Of a stretch of DNA of 64,000 bases, positions 55,022-64,000 are shown piece after piece; within the stretch, counting starts at the first letter, position 1; every line of letters starts with the position of its first letter. The DNA is taken from assembly GCA_000388065.2 (NCBI GenBank), contig KB932202.1, one strand, 5' to 3'. The stretch is from Fonticula alba ATCC 38817 (taxonomy: Eukaryota > Protista > Nucleariida). A program made the translations under genes and the position numbers. Under the pieces are notes generated by a model. That model was given only the letters and a program-made list of their open reading frames with translations, made no database searches and had not been told where the DNA came from.

Positions 55022-57849
55022 GGTCGGGGGCGGGGACGTGCGGAGGCGCTCGAGAGACTGGGGGAGCGGCCTGATAGGTGCAGAGGGCCAAAGCAGAGAG
55101 GAGGGGGAGGGAGGAGGAGGAGGGAGAGGCGAGGGAGAGGGGAGGGAGAGGGGAGGGAGAAAGGCGCGAAGGATGTACATCGGGGAAAGGGGCGAGAGAG
55201 GGAACATAGTTAGGGCTGAGGGTGCCCCAGGCAGGGAGGTGCTACCTGAATCGAGTGGGCTTGGCATCGAATGTGGGTGCCGGAGGAGGGCGCAGAGGGG
55301 ACAGACTCGCCACCTGCCCTCTCCTCCGGCTGTTGACCGCCCCCCGTCCCGGCCGGTGTCTGGGGCCCGCTGGCCGGCGCGTGCCTGGGGTTCGGGGCGC
55401 CATATTCAGCCATCGGGGAGATCTGCGCGCGCTTTTCGTCCCCAGTGCCGGTGAAAGCGCGCCAAAAAAAGGTGGGTGTCGAAAAATGCGCGCTCGTTGC
55501 CCCGCCCCAGGGTCGGCCCGCGAGGGGGGGGGGGGGGGGGGGGGGGGGCACAAGCGGGGGCCGATCGCCAGTTGGCCGGAACAGGACGTGGTAGGGGCCA
55601 TGGAGTCGCAGGCCAATGGCAGCAGCCGTGAGACGCGCGACCCTCGAGCCAGGCAGGAAGAGGAAGATAGCGCCAGGTGTGCATGCGCTTCGGCATTCAC
55701 TCTTTGGACTTGGGTGAGAAAGGGCGAGGGAGCCCATCCGGGGCTCGGGGCGATATGGCGGCAGCCNNNNNNNNNNNNNNNNNNNNNNNNAGAGGTGACG
55801 GGGGGGGGGGGGGGGGGGACCCCCTGCACGCGGTTTGCGCGCAGGGGGAAGGGAGCATCGTTTGTGAGCCCCCCACCTCGGCCGCACATCGGACACAAGC
55901 AGCGTCTAGTCTGTGCAGGCGGCCCCGCGAAGCACATACTCGTCTGCTGGTGGGGGCGGGCATGAAGCTGCTGAGCCCTGATCCGCCTCTACTGGGGGGA
56001 AAGCCCTCAGTCGGTCCGAGGATGGAACTGGCGCGTCGCAAGGTCCAGCGGGCGGACGGGAAAATCTAGGGCACATGAACGCCCCTCCGGCACGATCAGT
56101 TGGGAGTCGGGAGGCTATCGGCCTGTTTGCCCTCCCATGCCGCGACCCACAAAGAGGCGCGAGTATATGGACATCGAATAGAAAGTAGGGATTTACAAGA
56201 TCACCCGCCGTGACTTCTCTCTGCGGTACATGCGCGGACGGCAGGGGAACTTCCACTCGCCAGATCCACGACTAACAGCTGCTCCCGGGCAAGGGGCTGT
56301 CCCTGCGAAATGTGCCGGGGGGGAGGGGGCGCCTCACGCCCCGGAACCAGGCCGGACGCCTGAACGCCGGAGGGCATCTAGACTCCTGGCGAATGCATCG
56401 CCCCCCCCCCCCCCCCGGCCACTGTGGGGTCCGAAGGAGCGCCCCAGCGGTCGGCCCCCAGGCGCACCCCTCTCCCTCCTGCCGGCGGCCTCAAGTGTTG
56501 CCCGTTGCCCGTCGCCCGACCAGGGGCCGGGGAGAAACCCTGGGGACAAGTGGGAAACGGCGCGTTACTCGGCTTCGCCCCTTGTCCCTTGTCCTTCCTC
56601 CGGCGGGTCGCCCGTGTGCATAGGGCCCTTGAGGAATCTGTGTCGCCTGGGCTCTCCCCCACCCCTCCTGTGGCGGAGCCGCCGGCGCACCCGAGCTCGG
56701 AGCCGCCTTGCCAGCTGTGTGAGCACCTGGCTCTGCGGCCGCGGGCGGCCCCCGCTCGTGCCAACCTTGTTTTGATCAGTAGGCCATCGGGAAGGGAGTC
56801 CCACGATGGACCGTGCGTGTGTGCGCGCGCGCGCGCGCGCGCGCACGAACCGGGCCCCTGTCTGAAGCACCGGGGGCGTTCCTGGCAAACGCCCCCGGCG
56901 TCTGCCCACCCTAGGGAAGCAATGAAATAGGGCCATTCTGCTGGCCCAGAGTAACAACATAATCCATAATAGCATCGGTCACAAACTGCACTCTAGGGAG
57001 TGCAATTCCCCTCCTGTAAATATCTTTCACCGGGCAATTGCATTTTCTGAAACCAGGTTGCTGTCGGGCGTGCTTCCCCGCCCTCCCCCCCCCCCGGAGT
57101 CGCCGCCCCTGANNNNNNNNNNNNNNNNNNNNNNNNNNNNNNNNNNNNNNNNNNNNNNNNNNNNNNNNNNNNNNNNNNNNNNNNNNNNNNNNNNNNNNNN
57201 NNNNNNNNNNNNNNNNNNNNNNNNNNNNNNNNNNNNNNNNNNNNNNNNNNNNNNNNNNNNNNNNNNNNNNNNNNNNNNNNNNNNNNNNNNNNNNNNNNNN
57301 NNNNNNNNNNNNNNNNNNNNNNNCCCCCCCCCCGGCAGATGCGAAGGCGAATCAATGTGGCATACCGCCGCCCTCCTCCGCCAGCCTCCAAGCAGCGGTC
57401 CAGACCTGGCCCCCTGCTTGGCCAAGGGTGCCGCCCGCCCGCGCGCCTTTTCAGAAATAGCACACGCGCGGCAAAAACTCCGCCCTTGCAGGCAGGTTCC
57501 CGCCCATTCTCGCCCTGGCGTGCCCCCCCCCCCCCCCCGCGTGTCCCTGGTCGGACACGTTTCCCCGGTGCCCTGTGGCGCTCTCGCTCTCGCGCTGGAG
57601 GGTTTCCGTGTGGACGCACCTGTGGCGCATGCGCGCGGGGGCCAGGTTATCGTGAACCCCGGGCTACACCTGGACTTCCAGATGCCCCGGTTCACGCGGG
57701 TTTCCGCAGGCATTCTCCTTTTGTGTGCTCCACCGGGCACGCAGGTTATGTCAACTGGCTACGGGTGCGTGTGCGGCGGGGGGGGGGTCAACGTCGGTGG
57801 CCCGGACGACAACCACCTGTGGCCGACAGCAATTAAGCGCGGTTGACGA

Positions 57850-59025
57850 AACCACGCAACGTCATTATCCAACGGCGTGATCAGACCCTAAACAGACCCA
57901 CGTTGGCCTCCGAGGCCCGCTGCCCCGGGCGCCGGGGTGTATCACATGGTCTGAATATTGCGAGCATGCAGCCGGATCTATCTCATGGCGCCCGAAGCGA
58001 TGCCACGGAATTGGGACAAGCGGGGCCTGGGAGCTCCCTTTCTGGTCCACCCCCAGCAGAGGGCGCCGCCGTCGCCGGGTCCAGGCGTGAACTGGCCGAA
58101 AGCCAACACACATCCAAGGTCCGCGACAGTGGCCTTGGTCCCCTGTGTCGAGGGCCGCTGCTGAGTGTGGTGCCCTGGTGCCGACAGTTCGAAGCAGGCG
58201 CCTTCGATTTTCGGGGCCACCTGTTGTAGAAGATCTCGCCCTTACTCGCGGACACCTGACATCGCCAATGGGCGGTTTGCACAAGACAGGGGGCACCACG
58301 CCACAGTCTAGCTTGATTCTTCCACATATCGCATAGTCCCCGCCGGCTACGATACTCCCCTCCTTCTTCGATATGGCCCTTCGGCTGGAGGGTGCCGCCG
58401 GGTTGCCGGTCTTCATCGCAGCTGCGTTTTTTTCTCGCCATAAGCCGTTTCGACATCCACCGATGTGCCTCGGTGGCTGGTCATCGAGGCAACTGGTCTG
58501 CCTGGGAATTGGTTTGGGTGTGATTGCCGGCAGGTCAATCCATCGCATTTACTTTCTTCCTTGGCCGGGGCGTGGACCTCGGGCGTGGGTTGTCCCTTGT
58601 CCTGCCCTGCTCTGGTGGCTGGTGCTGCGCAGGGGGAGCCAGCGACATTTATGCACCTCATCTTCGGTTCCTCAGCGTGGGGACACCCTTCAAGGCACCA
58701 TGCCCGAGGTGCAGCTCTCCCTGCCACATCGGCGCCTGCCTGCGCGCCGGATCGTCCTTGTGCCGATGCCTGTCCAATGGAGGTGGGGTAGCATGGTGCA
58801 GAGGGCTACAGCGAGAGGAAGGTAGCTTTGACATCCAAATATCTTACGACACGGAGGGATGCTGGTGCTTCTTCGTCACAGATGCCCCAAGGTCCATTTG
58901 GTGGATACCGCAAAAGGAAAGACCGCACAAAATAGCAACGCCAGCTCCGATGGTCCCTTGTTGGCCGTGGTCGAGCTGAAGAGTGGCGCCTTCGGGAATT
59001 GGTCCGGAGATCCTTTGCATCTTTG

Positions 59026-59071
<46 letters not shown>

Positions 59072-60130
59072 CCCCCTCGCTTTCTCCAACCCTCGAAGCG
59101 AGCCTCTCTGGGCGGAGCTCGCATACCGGATCGATCTGGGGAAATTTCCGAGAGGACACGCCCGCGTCCCATCCGCCATGACACCTATCTTCTTGAAGCT
59201 TTTGGCGAGGCTGACTTCCCCTGCCCATAGACGCGAGGGAGGTCCATTAGCGGGAGTCAGTTCATGCGTTGCTTTGCGCGTGGAGGCTTTCACCTGTTCG
59301 CCAACTGCATGCTCGCAGGTCGGGATATCATCGGCGTTGTTTCTTTTTGAGGCCCCATTGCACAGGCAATAGTTCTAGAGGCCGATCGAAATCCTCGAAG
59401 GGAGAAGGTTTCCGGGGCTGGCCACTGCAGGCAGCAATTCATGCCAGAGCCCCACAAAAGTGCAGCCAGTGGCATCTCGAAGCCTATCAGAGGTTGCCTG
59501 GCCTCTCCAATGTTGTGGAGTTTTTAGATGGGGAAAAAGCAAAACAGCACAACCAGCCAACTCCCCTCAGATCGCCTGCCAGAAGAGAATTCACGGAGGT
59601 CACATCACGGCAAGGCTTCTCGGCCACACAGTCGGGGAGGTCCCGCCGAATACCTCTGGCGAGGCGGTCTCCAGCAGCGACGGTAGGATCAAGGCCCGAG
59701 AACCTTCTGGGACTGGGCAGGGAATGACACACGTGGCGGCCACCCAGCAAGAGGGCCTCTGTCCGAAGGTATCCTTTGCCGATTCGTCCAAAGCCCACAG
59801 GGAGCATGGTCTTGGGCCCATTCCTCCGGGGGATCACAGACGACGCCCACCCTGTCCGCCTGCCGAGTCTTCTGGCACAGTGGCCGCCGTGGTCTCCCTG
59901 TCGATGGATTCGAAGCGAGATCCCCTGTGATGATGGGTCCTGTCAACAATCTTGCCTTCCGGGATTCCATCGGCGACTCTTCTCCCCTCCGCAAACCAGG
60001 AGGGACAGTGGTAGGCACATGGCGAGGACAAGGTACTCTCTTGAAGTGTACCCTTCTGCGAAAAGCCCCCGCATGAATAGGCGGAGGAGGTGGTGGCGAA
60101 GGAGAATGGCATCACTCTCCTTTTGATGCT
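57850..60130 (+). pseudogene. Possible decayed coding locus with Cys-rich repeat fragments
   Basis: About 2.3 kb of non-repetitive, lower-GC, exon-like sequence with only short broken ORFs. Fragments include CPRCSSPCHIGAC, CSPTAC and PCDDGSCQQSCLPGFH. One + strand intron-like GT-(CT)n-AG tract lies at ~59026-59098. Confidence 0.3.
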
Positions 60131-60613
60131 CGAGCTTTGAGCGACTCGATTCCCGGCTACAAGGGCTTCGGTGATGCCTTTCAACCCAAGCCCCATCCAC
60201 TTCTCCCCTGAAGGTGGTGGCATATCTCTAAGGCCGCCCGAGAGCGTGATCCCGAGCACCAAAATGCGGTCTTGGGCTCGAAATAGCCGCGGACTGGCAC
60301 CGAGAAGTGCTCATTGACCAGAATCTACCTATCGAAAACACCTAGACAGCGGTGTTTTCCCAATTGTCTCCCCCCCTCTCTCTCTCTGTCTCCCTCGCTC
60401 TCGCGCGAATGCGCCCGCACTCGGCCAACCGTCAGGCTCGACGCATGGGAGCAGCAACATCGTGTGACCCGGGGAGGGTCTATCTATGGGTTTATTATTG
60501 TTGGGGAATGGAGGAGTGCCAGGCATGATGTCGCTCCCGAGCCCGGTTTTTTGTTTCGACAAACAGTCGGCCCGGAGACGACACCAGCCAGGCAAACATC
60601 CCCATCCACCCCC

Positions 60614-63600
60614 CTACTGACAGTACTTCTTGTACATAGCCTCGTAGCGCTTCTGATCCGCTGGAGTAACCGACCGGCGGACCTTGGCCAATGAGGCGAC
60701 AAAGTGCCGCATCTGCAACACCGGCGTATGGGGAACGGCCGGCGGCGCGGGAGCCACATCCTCAGTGGCGACCCCCTCCTCCGCGGCGGTAGCCCCAGCA
60801 GATGCACCCTCGGCAGATGCAACATCGCCCTCCAGACGACGAAGAAGACCCGCCAGATGTGGATCATCGGCGGCGATGGACTCCTGCACGGCCAGCATGG
60901 CGGCCTCCTGCACCAAAGACGCGAGATCGGCGCCAGTAAAGCCATCGCACAGATCCGCCAGAGCAGACACGCTGACAACCTCGCTCGGGGGCTCGGTTGC
61001 CAGGGGAACATTGCGGAGGTGCGTTTGCAGAATGCGCTGGCGTTCCACCGCCGACGGCAGGCCCACATAGATGAGCTTGCCCAGGCGGCCCGGGCGCATG
61101 ACCGCCGGGTCAATGATGTCCGGGCGATTGGTGGCACCAATGACAAATACCCCGTTTCGCCGATCGACACCGTCCATCTCCGTAAGCAGTTGATTAACGA
61201 CGCGCTCGGTGGCCGCATTGCCAGAGCCGCCCTCATTGCCAGATCGCGAGGGCGCCAGGGCGTCCAGCTCATCGAAGAAGATGACGCACGGGGCACTGGC
61301 GCCGGCCCGCGCAAAGAGGGCACGGACCGCGCGCTCCGACTCGCCGACATACTTGTTCAGCAGCTCCGGCCCCTTGACCGAGATGAAGTTCGCGCGCGAC
61401 TCGTTGGCCACGGCCTTGGCCACCAGGGTCTTACCACAGCCGGGTGGGCCATAGAGCAGCACGCCACTCGGCGTGGAGCACCGCAGGGCGCGGAACTTCT
61501 CCGGGTGCCGAATCGGCGCGATAATGGACATGTGCAGATCGCGACGAACTGCCAGGGAGGGAGGGTAATCGGGGGGTCAGGCCAGGGGTGATAGCCATGC
61601 AGGCATGTAAATATATGCCCAAGCCATTCTGTCGGTCTATGCATGCATGCATGCATATATATACATATGTGTGTGCGTGTGTGCAGCAGATGGTGGCGAG
61701 GATGGGGAACGTACCGCCCTCCAGCGCACCCACGTCCGACCAGGTGACGTTGGGGATGGTGGCAAAGCCCTCGCGCGTGCTCGATGGCTGGACCAGCTTG
61801 CGGGCCACCATGAAGTCGGCCGATGTGATCTGCTCCTGGGACCAGTCGCGCTCACCGGGGACCAGCGGGGCACCGGTCAAAGCTGCGGTGATGGCCTCCT
61901 CGATGACGCCATCAATCGGAGCATCCCGGGTATCCGGAGTTTCCGCGATGGTCGAATCGACCACAGGTTCGGCCATCTTGCCCGTGGACGGATCCTCAGC
62001 AGCGGCAGCGGCAGCGGCAGCAGCAGCAGCCTCGGTCACAGTGTCGACAGGGGCCGGGGCAGGCGCCGCCTCCTTGCTCACACGGTCGACAATGCGACTG
62101 ACGGCCGCCTGTACGGCCTCCTTCAGGAGGGCCTGCAAATCGGCCCCCACAAACCCAGGCGTATCCCGGGCCACACAGTCCAGGGCACCGGGCTCAATCG
62201 TCATGTTCCGGGCCATGGCGCGGAGGATGCTGTTGCAAGCAGCGAGAGGTTAGCGCGAAGGGCCGAGAAGGCACGATGGAGCTCGGGCATCCCTCTGCCA
62301 AATGGGGACGCACCTCTCACGGGCCTCGTCATTCGGGATGCCGACACTAATCTCCCGATCGAAGCGACCCGATCGCCGCAGCGCCGCATCAATCGAGTCC
62401 GGCCGGTTGGTAGCACCAATGATACAGACATACTTGCCATTGGACTCCTTCCAATAGCGCTCGACCTCTGCACCAGGTGAAAGCGGTGGGTCAGTACATG
62501 TCGGGGTCTCAGCATGTGGGGACGGGGGAGGAGGAGGGGGGGGGAAGCAGGGAGCGGGCGGGTGTGGGGCCATATGCCCGAGGACACCCACACCGGGGGA
62601 CGGGGCGTACCATCCATGCAAGTGAGCAGCTGGGCGACGATGCGGCGCTCCATCTCACGTGCGGCCTGGTTACGCTTCGGGGCGATGGCATCGATCTCAT
62701 CGATGAAAACGATGCAGGGTGCCATCCGGCGGGCCTCAGCGAAAAGCGAACGCAGGCGCTGCTCGGACTCACCGGACACGCCGGAAATCATTTCCGGCGC
62801 AGAGACCCGGAAAAAGGGCACATCAAACTCCTGAACACGGAGGGGAGCATATTGGGTCAGGGTGGCACTGTGCAGAAAAAAGAGAGAGAGGTCAGAGGGA
62901 GGGGCATTCCGAGTGTACGTACGCCGCCAATCGCATGAGCAAGCATGGTCTTACCACAGCCAGGCGGGCCGTGGAGCAGCAGACCACTGGAAAAGGGAGG
63001 GGGGGAGGAGCAGGAGCGGGGGCCAGGGGAAGATTCAGTCAGCAGGCGGTCATAGATAGCGCCATGTGCCGGGCACCAGACACGTACGAAGCGGGCGAGC
63101 CGCCAAGATGCGCGTAAAGGGAGCCAAAGCGCAGGGGGAACTCGATGAACTCGCGCACGCGCTGAATGTCAATCCACCCCCATCATGATGAGGGGATGGG
63201 CCACGGCATAGGTTCGGGGCAAAGGCCCGTTAGATGGGCAGATGGTATTCCGGGCGGGAAGAGGGCAGTGGAAGAGGGAAGTAGGAGCGGGGCGAGGGGA
63301 TTTCGCGCGGGTAAAGGATGGACGAACCTGGAGGTTTTGATCGATGCCACCGATGTCACTGAACCGGAGGGTGGGGCGCTCTGATAGGAAGCTCATCGGC
63401 ACCGAGGCCGGGGCTCCGTCGGGCCCGGGGAGGCCGCCCATATCGCGAGCAGAGCCCGTTTGCCCGGGTGCCGGCCGGCGCTTGAGGCGCTTCTTCGGGG
63501 TTGGCTGCGCATCATCGCGCGAGGGAGTCCCGTCGGCGGGGGTCGTGCCGGTAGGCTGCTCGGCATCGGGAGCCGCCGTCTCACGGGGACGCTTGGCAGG

Positions 63601-63884
63601 CTCGCTCGAGCTGGCGGAGTCGGCCAGTGGGGTGTCATCGGCCTCCAAGCTGCTCATGTCCTCCTCTGGGGAGGATGTGTCGGCCGTCAGCTTCCAAGTG
63701 AAGAGCGCCGTCACAGGGGTATCCTCCAGGGGGTTCTGGGATCCGTAGACTTCCAGCCTCTCCATGTAGTCAATGGCTATGAGGAGGAGGCGAGGCAGGG
63801 AGTTGTCAGCGAGGGAGCATGGTCCGGGGGGCATCTCGTGGTGCGGATGTGGAGGCCATATACAAGTATGTGCATGTATGTGTA

Positions 63885-63917
<33 letters not shown>

Positions 63918-64000
63918 ATGTATGTGTGTGTGTGTGTGTGTGTGTGTGCGTGCGTGTGTGGAGTCGTCCATGGGGTCGCACCTTTCCCAAGCTCTTGCAT
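60614..64000 (-). CDS. NVL: Nuclear VCP-like double AAA+ ATPase (NVL/Rix7), 5' end beyond the window
   Basis: Exons >64000-63982, 63776-63328, 63161-63088, 62986-62923, 62830-62611, 62467-62314, 62229-61715, 61548-60614. D1 has [17 protein letters not shown] and GATNRPD; D2 has [17 protein letters not shown] and [29 protein letters not shown] and [10 protein letters not shown] are also present. Confidence 0.9.
63855..63960. repeat. Compound (TG)n/(TATG)n microsatellite in an NVL intron
   Basis: Tandem TG and TATG runs between exon boundaries 63776 and 63982. Confidence 0.8.

Noticed and set aside
8584-64000. Several RNA-processing genes (ESS2, Air1/2, Cwc2, NVL) as a functional cluster
   Set aside because: They are interspersed with unrelated housekeeping genes on both strands; such genes are common enough to co-occur by chance.

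Overview
Gene-dense, very GC-rich eukaryotic genomic DNA with short spliceosomal introns (GTRYGY/GTYCGY donors, CTRAC-like branch points), long poly-C/poly-G and (CT)n tracts, and many N gaps. Composition and gene style suggest a unicellular opisthokont such as Fonticula alba (inference, not verified). I find 16 protein-coding loci. In order: an orphan coiled-coil gene (-), CARM1/PRMT4 (-), ESS2/DGCR14 (+), Serinc (+, middle in a gap), Air1/2-ZCCHC7 (+), ALG1 (-), an SLC35C1-type GDP-fucose transporter (+), adenylate kinase (-), an unknown helical protein (+), PHB2 (+), Cwc2 (-), a SAC-domain phosphatase (+), a DUF1764 protein (+), a bacterial-type ion channel (-), RPLP1 (+) and a Myb/SANT-like protein (-). 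A 17th locus, NVL/Rix7 (-), runs off the window end, and there is a possible decayed Cys-rich locus at about 57.9-60.1 kb. No rRNA, tRNA, CRISPR or intact mobile element is supported. The best lead is the intronless channel gene at 44272-46188. It resembles a prokaryotic channel family along its length, but carries a ~285-aa Pro/Gly/Tyr/His-rich insertion with LYPDL (ALIX-type) and PPxY (WW/Nedd4-type) motifs. The second lead is a Myb/SANT protein with PIF/Harbinger ORF1-like architecture and no adjacent transposase. All family assignments come from motif recognition by eye; no database searches were run.
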